A stretch of 64,000 bases of DNA. It comes from Rhodospirillales bacterium. Lineage in GTDB: Bacteria; Pseudomonadota; Alphaproteobacteria; UBA828. The DNA is taken from the NCBI GenBank assembly GCA_028818855.1, contig JAPPMY010000248.1, positions 26,330 to 90,329 of the forward strand. The letters run 5' to 3'. Below the pieces are notes generated by a model. The model had not been told where the DNA came from, ran no database searches, and saw nothing but the letters and a program-made list of their open reading frames with translations. The position numbers were made by a program, and so were the translations under genes. Positions 56,966 to 64,000 of the stretch are shown here, in pieces (the first letter of the stretch is position 1; every line of letters begins with the position of its first letter).

Positions 56966-58981
56966 ATGCCCCGTGGATGGCAAGTCGGTATCGATGTCGG
57001 CGGCACGTTCACCGACGTGATCGCCCACCACCGGGCGCGCGGGGAGGTGAGAGCCGCGAAGGTTCCCTCCCGCACCGACGACCGCATCGCCGGCCTGCTG
57101 TCCGCGCTTGACGCGGTCGACCTCGCGTGGCCGGACGTGGACGACCTGATCCACGGCACCACCATCGTCACCAACGCCATCGTCCAGGACGATCACGCGA
57201 AGGTCGCCCTGCTCGCCACCCGCGGCTTCTCGGACACGCTCGCCATCGGGCGCCAGAACCGGCGCCACCTCTACCGGCTCGATCTCCCGCCCAAGCTGGC
57301 ACCCCAGGTCCCCGCCGCGCGCCGCTTCGAGGTGACCGAGCGGCTCGACCACGACGGCCGGGTCATGGTCGCGCTGGACCCGGCCTCGGTGGAGGACGCC
57401 ATCGCGCGCGCCGAGGCGAGCGGCGCGGAGGCGGTCGCCGTCTCCCTGCTCCACGCCTACGCCAACCCCGCCCACGAGGAGGCGCTGGGCGCGCGGCTGC
57501 GCGAGCGCTTCCCCTTCGTCGCCCTCTCCCACCGGGTCAACCCGGAGGCGCGCGAGTACGAGCGGACGGCGACCACGGCGCTGAGCGCGGGCGTCATGCC
57601 GCTGGCGGCGGCCTACATGGACGACCTCGAGAGGGCGAAGCCGGAGGGCTCCGGCCTGCACCTCTTCCATTCCGCCGGCGGCATGGCCTCGCCCGAGGCG
57701 CTCCGCGACCTGCCGCTCGGCCTCGCGGCCTCCGGCCCTGCCGCCGGCGTCGCCGCCGCAGGCCGCATGGCCCGCGCGCTCGGGCTCGAACGCGCCATCA
57801 GCTTCGACATGGGCGGCACCACCACCGACGTCTGCCTGATCGCTGGCGGCGAGGCGCAGATCGCAAGCGACCGCTCCCTCGGCGGCCGGCCGCTGCGCCA
57901 GCCCATGGTGGCGGTGGAGTCCATCGGCGCGGGCGGCGGCTCCATCGCCCGGCTCGATCACGGCTCGCTCGCGGTGGGGCCGGAGAGCGCCGGCGCGCTG
58001 CCGGGCCCCGCCTGCTACGGCAAGGGCGGCGACCGGCCGACCGTGACCGACGCCAACCTGTTGCTGGGCTACATGGATACCGACCGCGTCCTCGGCGGAA
58101 ACGTGCACCTCGACCCCGCGGCGGCCCGTGAGGCGATTGCACCGCTCGGCGCAGCGATGGGCATGACGCCGGAAGCTGCGGCCCTGGGCATCGTCAGGGT
58201 GGCCAACGCGGCCATGCTGCGCGCGCTCCGCCGCGTCACCGTGGAGCGCGGCGTCGACGGGCGCGCCTGCACGTTGCTCGCCTTCGGTGGCGCGGGCCCC
58301 ATGCACGCGGTGGCGCTCGCCCGCGCGTTTTCCATCGGGAACGTGGTCGTGCCCGCGCATTCCAGCATGTTCTCGGCGCTCGGCTGCGTCGGCGCCGAGA
58401 TGAGCTACGCGCAGCAGCGCACGCTGCGGGTGGCGTCGGACGCGTGGGACGGGGCACGCGTGGACCGGGCACGGCGGGAACTTTGCGCGAGCCTCTCCGC
58501 TCCCCTGCGGGCGGCCGGGTACGGCAACGGCAGCCTGGCGGTGGAAGAGGTTGCCTCGATCCGCTACCGCGGCCAGAGCTACGCCATCGAGGTCCCGGCC
58601 CCCGCCTTCGACGATCCCGCGCGCCTCGGCCGGGACTTCATGGAGCGCCACCGGACCCTCTACGGCTTCGCCACCGAGGAGGCGTGGGAGCTGGTCTCGA
58701 TCCGCGTGCGTGTCTCCGCGCCCCGCAACGGCGAGGTTCGCTCGCCGGCGGCCAAGGCCAACGAGCCGCCGTCGCCCACCAGGACGCTGCCGGCCACGTT
58801 CGATACCGGCGCGCCGGTGCCGACGCCCCGCTACGACCGCGCGGGCCTCGGGCCCGGCAGCCCGCTGGACGGGCCGGTCATCGTCGACGACGCGTGGTCG
58901 ACCGTGGTCGTGCCGCCGGGCGCCACGCTCACGGCCGACGACGCCGGCCACCTCCACATCGCCACCGGGGCCGCGTCGTGA
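56966..58981 (+). CDS. hydantoinase/oxoprolinase family protein, A subunit (HyuA-like)
   Basis: ATG 56966 after GGAGG. WQVGIDVGGTFTDVIA...GTTIVTNAI...SFDMGGTTTDV... Confidence 0.9.
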   Translation: MPRGWQVGIDVGGTFTDVIAHHRARGEVRAAKVPSRTDDRIAGLLSALDAVDLAWPDVDDLIHGTTIVTNAIVQDDHAKVALLATRGFSDTLAIGRQNRRHLYRLDLPPKLAPQVPAARRFEVTERLDHDGRVMVALDPASVEDAIARAEASGAEAVAVSLLHAYANPAHEEALGARLRERFPFVALSHRVNPEAREYERTATTALSAGVMPLAAAYMDDLERAKPEGSGLHLFHSAGGMASPEALRDLPLGLAASGPAAGVAAAGRMARALGLERAISFDMGGTTTDVCLIAGGEAQIASDRSLGGRPLRQPMVAVESIGAGGGSIARLDHGSLAVGPESAGALPGPACYGKGGDRPTVTDANLLLGYMDTDRVLGGNVHLDPAAAREAIAPLGAAMGMTPEAAALGIVRVANAAMLRALRRVTVERGVDGRACTLLAFGGAGPMHAVALARAFSIGNVVVPAHSSMFSALGCVGAEMSYAQQRTLRVASDAWDGARVDRARRELCASLSAPLRAAGYGNGSLAVEEVASIRYRGQSYAIEVPAPAFDDPARLGRDFMERHRTLYGFATEEAWELVSIRVRVSAPRNGEVRSPAAKANEPPSPTRTLPATFDTGAPVPTPRYDRAGLGPGSPLDGPVIVDDAWSTVVVPPGATLTADDAGHLHIATGAAS

Positions 58982-60594
58982 GCGCCGCCGTCGACCCGGT
59001 GACCCTCGAGGTCATCCGCCACGCGCTGACGGCCACGGCGGAGGAGATGTCGCTCGTGGTCATGCGCTCGGCCCGCTCGCCGCTCTTGCGCGAGGCCGGC
59101 GACCTCTCGTCCGCGCTCACCGACGCCGACGGCCACCTCATCGCCCAGGGCCGCGACATCCCGATGCACATGGGGGTGATGAGCTTCACCGTGCGCGAGT
59201 TCCTGAAGCGCGTGCCGCGCGAGCGGCTGGAGCCCGGCGACGTCTGGTTCCTCAACCTGCCGGAGGTGGGCGGCAACCACCTGCCGGACGTGAAGGCGAT
59301 CCGCCCGATCTTCGTGGACGGCACCATCGTCGCCTTCGCGGCGAGCCTCGCCCACTGGGCGGACATCGGCGGCGCGGTGCCCGGCAGCTACGTCGCCGGC
59401 GCCACCGATGCCTGGCAGGAGGGCCTGCGGATTCCGCCCTTCCGCCTCTTCACCGCTTCAGGCCCCGACCGCGAGAAGCTCGACATGGTCTGCGCCAACG
59501 TGCGGGGCGCGGACGAGCGCGAGGGCGACATCCTGGCGCAGGTCGCAGCGAGCCGGGCCGCCGAGGAGCGCATCCACCACATCTGCACCGAGCACGGGCG
59601 GGAGACGGTTCTTGCGGCCATCGCCGCGATCCACGACCGGGCCGAGGCGCAGATGCGGGCTGCGCTGGCCGCGGTCCCCGACGGCACCTACGAAGGCGAG
59701 GACTGGCTCGACGACGATGCCGGCGGCGGCGGGCCGGTCGCCGTCCGCGTGCGGGTGACCGTCGCGGGCGACGGCGCGCGCTTCGACTTCTCCGGGACCG
59801 ACGACGCCGCGCGGGGGCCGGTCAACACGACGCCCTTCATCGCCGCAGCGTCCGTCTTCTACGTGGTCAAGACCCTGTTCGGGCCGGAGATCCAGCCGAG
59901 CGGCGGCTGCTACCGCCCGCTCGAGATCGTCACCCGCCCCGGCTCCCTGCTCGATCCCGCGCCCGAGAGCCCCGTCGTGGGCGGCAACCACGAGACCTCG
60001 CAGCGGATCGCGGACGCCGTGTTCCACGCCTTCGAGGCCACCGGCCCGGAGCGCATCTCCGCCGGCGGGCCGACCACGTCGGGCCTCGTGCTCTTCGGCG
60101 GCAGGCGGGCCGACGGCGCCTGGACCACGCTCTACGAGGTTCACGGCGGCGGCGAGGGCGCGCGCCACGACCGCGACGGCGCGCCGGTGGTCCGCGTCCA
60201 CATGTCCAACGTGATGAACACGCCGGCGGAGGTGGTGGAGGCCGAGTTCCCCATCCGCATCGAGTGCCAGCGCCTGCGCCCGGACTCGGGCGGCGCCGGC
60301 CGGCAGCGGGGCGGCGAGGGCCTGCACCGCGCCTACCGCGTGCTCGCCGACGACATGTCGGTGACGTCGATGTTCGAGCGCCGCGTGGTGCCGCCCTACG
60401 GCCTGCAGGGCGGCGGCGACGGCGCGCCCTTCCGGGTCACCATCGCGCATGCGGACGGCCGGCGGGAGGACATGCCGGGCAAGGCGAACCTCCGGCTCGG
60501 CAGGGACGACGTGGTGATCGTCGAGAGCTGCGGCGGCGGCGGCTACGGAGAGCCCGAAGCAGAGAGCCAGACAATCAAGGGGACGATGCAGTGA
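58978..60594 (+). CDS. hydantoinase B/oxoprolinase family protein (HyuB-like)
   Basis: GTG 58978 (GTGA overlap with the hyuA stop). DPVTLEVIRHALTATAEEMSLVVMRSARSPLLREAGDLSSALTDADG...GGNHETSQRI...GGGGYGEP. Confidence 0.9.
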   Translation: MSAAVDPVTLEVIRHALTATAEEMSLVVMRSARSPLLREAGDLSSALTDADGHLIAQGRDIPMHMGVMSFTVREFLKRVPRERLEPGDVWFLNLPEVGGNHLPDVKAIRPIFVDGTIVAFAASLAHWADIGGAVPGSYVAGATDAWQEGLRIPPFRLFTASGPDREKLDMVCANVRGADEREGDILAQVAASRAAEERIHHICTEHGRETVLAAIAAIHDRAEAQMRAALAAVPDGTYEGEDWLDDDAGGGGPVAVRVRVTVAGDGARFDFSGTDDAARGPVNTTPFIAAASVFYVVKTLFGPEIQPSGGCYRPLEIVTRPGSLLDPAPESPVVGGNHETSQRIADAVFHAFEATGPERISAGGPTTSGLVLFGGRRADGAWTTLYEVHGGGEGARHDRDGAPVVRVHMSNVMNTPAEVVEAEFPIRIECQRLRPDSGGAGRQRGGEGLHRAYRVLADDMSVTSMFERRVVPPYGLQGGGDGAPFRVTIAHADGRREDMPGKANLRLGRDDVVIVESCGGGGYGEPEAESQTIKGTMQ

Positions 60595-61373
60595 AAGTGG
60601 ACGGCAAGAAGGCGATCGTCACCGGCGCCGCGAAGGGCATGGGCGCCGCCATCACGACCACGCTCGCGCGCGAGGGCGCGGACGTGGTGCTGACCGCCCG
60701 CGATACCGACGCGCTCGCTCCGGTCGCGGACGAGGTCCGGGCGCTGGGGCGCGCGGCCCATGTCGTGGGCTGCGACGTCACCGACGACGCGCAGGTGAAG
60801 GCAATGGTGGATCAGGCGCTCGCCGCCTTCGACGGGCGCATCGACATCCTGGTCAACATCGCTGGCGTCACCGGCCCCATCGAGACACCGGTGCAGGATA
60901 TCGACGTGGCCGACTTCGACTACGTCATCAGGAACAACGAGATCGGCACCTTCCTGCCCATCAAGCACGTGGTGCCGACCATGATCGCGCAGCGGAGCGG
61001 CAAGATCGTCAACATCGGCGGCACGTCGGGCCTGCGCGGCTACGCCATGCGCACGGCCTACAGCGCGTCCAAGTGGGCGGTGCGCGGGATCACGCGCACG
61101 GTCGCGCTGGAGGTCGGCAAGCACAACGTCAACGTCAACGCCGTCTGCCCCGGCATCGTCGAGACGCCGCGCATGCAGAAGCTCTGCGAGGAGAAAGCGC
61201 GCGTGCGCGGCTGGACCATCGACGAGGTCTACGACGAGTACGTGCAGGAAATGTGCCTGAAGCGCGTCACCACCTGCCAGGACGTGGCCAACGCCGTGCT
61301 GTTCATGGCGAGCGAGGACAGCCGCCAGATCACCGGCCAGGCCATCACCGTCGACGGCGGCTGGGACGTGTAG
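60591..61373 (+). CDS. SDR-family (short-chain) oxidoreductase
   Basis: GTG 60591 (GTGA overlap with the hyuB stop). TGAAKGMGAA, NIAG, catalytic YSASKWAV, PGIVETP. Confidence 0.9.
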   Translation: MKVDGKKAIVTGAAKGMGAAITTTLAREGADVVLTARDTDALAPVADEVRALGRAAHVVGCDVTDDAQVKAMVDQALAAFDGRIDILVNIAGVTGPIETPVQDIDVADFDYVIRNNEIGTFLPIKHVVPTMIAQRSGKIVNIGGTSGLRGYAMRTAYSASKWAVRGITRTVALEVGKHNVNVNAVCPGIVETPRMQKLCEEKARVRGWTIDEVYDEYVQEMCLKRVTTCQDVANAVLFMASEDSRQITGQAITVDGGWDV

Positions 61374-61399
61374 GGCGGGCGGAGACGGGAGGCATCGCG

Positions 61400-62287
61400 A
61401 TGTACGCGCCCTTCGAACTGGATATTCCGACGGACCTCGACGGCGCCCTCGCGGCACTCGCGAACGGCGCGGGCGAGACCGTGCTGCCCATCGCGGGCGG
61501 CACCAACCTGATCGTCGACATCCGCGCGAAGCGCGAGCGGCCCGACCGGATGGTGGGCCTCGGCGAGGTGGACGAGCTGCTCGGCATGGAGTTCGGCCCT
61601 GAGCGCATCGTCATCGGCGGCCGGACGACGGTGAGCGACCTCCTGCGCTCGCCCGAGATCGCGCAGGCCGCACCCTCGCTGATCGACGCCGCCCGCCTCT
61701 TCGGCGGCCTGATGGTGCGCAACACGGGCACGGTCGCCGGCAACGTCGCGAGCGGCTCGCCGGCGGCGGACCTCGTGCCGCCGCTGCTCGTCCTCGACGC
61801 CGAGTTGACGCTGGCGAGTGCATCCGGCTCGCGAACCCTGGCGCTGGACGACTACTACCTCGGCTACAAGGAGGACGCGCGCCGGCCGGACGAGCTGATC
61901 ACGCGGATAAGCTGGCCGCGCTTGCCGCAGAATTCCTCAAACACGTTTTACAAATTGGCGCGGCGCAAGGGCGACGCCATCACCGTCACCGGCGTGGCGG
62001 TGGCGCTCACGGTGGCGGGGGGCACGTGCACCAGGGCGCGGATCGCCCTTGCCTCCGTCGCGCCCTTCGTGCGCCGCGTCAAGGAGGCCGAGGCCGCGCT
62101 GGAAGGCCGCTCGCTGACACCCGCCGTCATCGCCGAGGCGGCGGACGCGGCAGCCGGCGCGTGCAGCCCCATCGACGACATCCGCGCTTCTGCCGGCTAC
62201 CGCCGCCACACGGTCGAAGCGCTGACCCGGCGCCTGGTCACCCAGGCGTGGGACCGCCTGGCCCGAGGGAGTGACGCTCATGCCTGA
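61400..62287 (+). CDS. FAD-binding subunit of a molybdopterin hydroxylase (CoxM/XdhB-like)
   Basis: ATG 61400 after GGGAGG. LPIAGGTNLIVDIR...VRNTGTVAGNVASGSPAADL...DDIRASAGYRRH. Confidence 0.88.
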   Translation: MYAPFELDIPTDLDGALAALANGAGETVLPIAGGTNLIVDIRAKRERPDRMVGLGEVDELLGMEFGPERIVIGGRTTVSDLLRSPEIAQAAPSLIDAARLFGGLMVRNTGTVAGNVASGSPAADLVPPLLVLDAELTLASASGSRTLALDDYYLGYKEDARRPDELITRISWPRLPQNSSNTFYKLARRKGDAITVTGVAVALTVAGGTCTRARIALASVAPFVRRVKEAEAALEGRSLTPAVIAEAADAAAGACSPIDDIRASAGYRRHTVEALTRRLVTQAWDRLARGSDAHA

Positions 62288-62768
62288 GACAAGGACCATC
62301 ACGCTCCGCATCAACGGCCGCGACGAGGAAGGCCGCTTCCCCGCCCATCGCACGCTCCTGGAGGCGCTGCGCCAGCTCGGCCACATGGAGGTGAAGTGCG
62401 GCTGCGAGAAGGGCGACTGCGGCGCCTGCGCCGTGCTGCTCGACGGCATGGCCGTGGATAGCTGCCTCACGCTCGCCTGGATGGCGGCCGGCAAGGAGGT
62501 CACCACCGTCTCCGGCCTCGGCGACCTGGATTCGCCGCATCCGCTGCAGCGCGCCTTCGCGGACGGCGGCGCCGCCCAGTGCGGCTACTGCATTCCGGGC
62601 ATCATCATCGCGGCGAAGGCGATCATCGACGACAACCCGGAGCCGAGCGAGGACGACATTCGCCTAGGCCTCAGCGGCAATCTCTGCCGCTGCACCGGCT
62701 ACACCAAGATCTTCGAGGCCATCGCCGACGCCGCCGATGAGATGCGCGCCGGGGGAGGCGAGCCATGA
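62280..62768 (+). CDS. [2Fe-2S]-binding small subunit of a molybdopterin hydroxylase (CoxS-like)
   Basis: ATG 62280 (8-bp overlap with the upstream gene). CGCEKGDCGACAVLLDG...SCLTLA and QCGYCIPG...NLCRCTGY. Confidence 0.92.
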   Translation: MPETRTITLRINGRDEEGRFPAHRTLLEALRQLGHMEVKCGCEKGDCGACAVLLDGMAVDSCLTLAWMAAGKEVTTVSGLGDLDSPHPLQRAFADGGAAQCGYCIPGIIIAAKAIIDDNPEPSEDDIRLGLSGNLCRCTGYTKIFEAIADAADEMRAGGGEP

Positions 62769-64000
62769 CCTACACCGACACCGACCCGGGCGCGCTCGCC
62801 AACGTCCAGTACCGACAGATCGGCAAGCCGCTCACCCGCACCGACGCGCCGGGCAAGGTCACGGGCCGCACGCCCTATGCCGGCGACTACGTGATGCCCA
62901 ACATGCTGCACATGCGCGTGCTGCGCGCTGACGTGGCCAGCGCCCGTCTCGTGCGCCTCGACGTGTCCCGCGCCAGGGCGCTCCCCGGCGTCGCCTGCGT
63001 GCTCACCGCCGCCGACATGCCGGACCGCACGTCCGCCACCGACATCCCCGGCCAGACCGGGCGGAAGAGGCTGGATACCGACCAGCCGGTCCTGGTGAAG
63101 GACCGGGTGCGCTACTTCGGCGAGCCGCTGGCCCTGATCGCCGCCGAGACCCGCGACATCGCCGACCACGCGGCGGAGCTGATCGAGTTCGAGCTGGAGC
63201 CGATCCCCGGCGTCTACGACCCGCTGGAGGCGCTGAAGCCCGGCGCGCGGCTGGTCTACGGCTCAGACAACATCGTCGCCGAGCGCAGGATCAGGAAGGG
63301 CGATGCCGAGGCCGGCTTCGGCGTGGCCGACCTGATCGTCGAGCACACCTACAGGACGCCGTTCCAGGAGCACGCCTTCCTCGAGCCCGAGGTGGGCCTC
63401 GCCTGGGTGGACGAGAACGACGTCGTGAACATCCGCGTCTCGACCCAGGTGATCGAGCACTTCCGCCCCATCGCCGATGCCATCGGCGTGCCCCACAACA
63501 AGGTCCGCGTGCGGGGGGCGCTGGTGGGCGGCGGCTTCGGCGGCAAGGAGGACCTGACCGTCGAGGTCTACCTCGCGCTCCTCGCCAGGCACACCGGCCG
63601 GCCGGTGCGGCTGGAGTACTCGCGCGAGGATTCCTTCGTCGGCCACGGCAAGCGCCACCCCTTCATCCTCACCTACCGCACCGGCGTCACGAAGGAGGGC
63701 AGGATCACCGCGCTAGACGTGAAGATGATCGCAGACGCCGGCGCCTACGTGTACCTCAGCCCCTACGTCATCCTCTACGCGCTGGTCGCGGCACCCGGCC
63801 CCTACCGGGTCGACAACCTCAACGTCTTCGCCCAGGCCGTAGCGACCAACAACATGTACACGAGCGCCTTCCGCGGCTTCGGCGCGCTGCAGGCCTGCGC
63901 GGCCTACGAGCAGCAGATGGACGAGATCGCGAACGCGCTCGGCATCGACCGGCTGGAGGTCCGCCGGCGCAACTTCCTCAAGACCGGCGAGCCCATGTCC
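62765..64000 (+). CDS. molybdopterin-binding large subunit, xanthine dehydrogenase/aldehyde oxidase type (5' part; runs off the window)
   Basis: Own translation from ATG 62765 (ATGA overlap): MTYTDTDPGALANVQYRQIGKPLTRTDAPGKVTGRTPYAGDY...GGGFGGKED...TSAFRGFGALQ. XDH-type motifs, not the CODH-type motif. Confidence 0.9.
   Translation, partial: MTYTDTDPGALANVQYRQIGKPLTRTDAPGKVTGRTPYAGDYVMPNMLHMRVLRADVASARLVRLDVSRARALPGVACVLTAADMPDRTSATDIPGQTGRKRLDTDQPVLVKDRVRYFGEPLALIAAETRDIADHAAELIEFELEPIPGVYDPLEALKPGARLVYGSDNIVAERRIRKGDAEAGFGVADLIVEHTYRTPFQEHAFLEPEVGLAWVDENDVVNIRVSTQVIEHFRPIADAIGVPHNKVRVRGALVGGGFGGKEDLTVEVYLALLARHTGRPVRLEYSREDSFVGHGKRHPFILTYRTGVTKEGRITALDVKMIADAGAYVYLSPYVILYALVAAPGPYRVDNLNVFAQAVATNNMYTSAFRGFGALQACAAYEQQMDEIANALGIDRLEVRRRNFLKTGEPMS

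Noticed and set aside
56873-61373. 694-aa antisense ORF over hyuA, and the 716-aa and 940-aa read-through plus-strand ORFs
   Set aside because: The real genes begin at the GTGA-coupled starts (58978, 60591). The upstream portions of the long frames are Arg/Pro/Gly-rich and overlap the hyuA and hyuB frames.

Overview
The window is a high-GC (hand-sampled lines about 70% G+C) proteobacterial chromosome segment, alphaproteobacterial in style. This rests on the yceD/cbp3-like/bamE trio, the 41-aa L36, zur-znuCB, H+-PPase and glcDEF. It is densely coding, with about 58 supportable CDS, no rRNA or tRNA, no CRISPR and no transposase or integrase. All calls come from reading the ORF translations and DNA by eye. 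No homology search was run, and start codons are +/- a few codons.

Most long ORFs in the track are GC-driven antisense or read-through shadows and were discarded.

**Core content**
- Housekeeping genes: hppA, FAH-family hydrolase, rpmJ (missing from the ORF track), glcDEF, zur-znuCB, hisI, a 1155-aa indolepyruvate:ferredoxin oxidoreductase, rmlCBDA.
- Three ABC importers.
- Several catabolic clusters.

**Candidates worth follow-up**
1. A pic/nic-like N-heterocycle module at 36.5-47.8 kb. It contains an MDR dehydrogenase, a LarA-like protein, a lone Rieske oxygenase alpha subunit, a NicX-like ring-cleavage dioxygenase, an ABC importer with a TorT-like binding protein, an ACMSD/PicC-like amidohydrolase_2 and a LuxR regulator. 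The canonical downstream nic/pic genes are absent.
2. A translationally coupled hyuA-hyuB-SDR-coxM/S/L-like operon at 57-64 kb, behind a perfect 13-bp inverted repeat.
3. An ATPase-less polar-amino-acid ABC operon, including an SBP-permease fusion, that ends in a transmembrane HAMP-PP2C phosphatase. A STAS antagonist gene lies nearby, but no kinase or sigma factor.
4. Seven helically phased 10-bp direct repeats next to an orphan Mu gp27/DUF3486-like gene.
5. A roughly 110-150 bp nested-palindrome polypyrimidine/polypurine intergenic element present twice.
6. A roughly 1.3 kb low-GC islet encoding an orphan lipoprotein with a PPC-like C-terminal domain.
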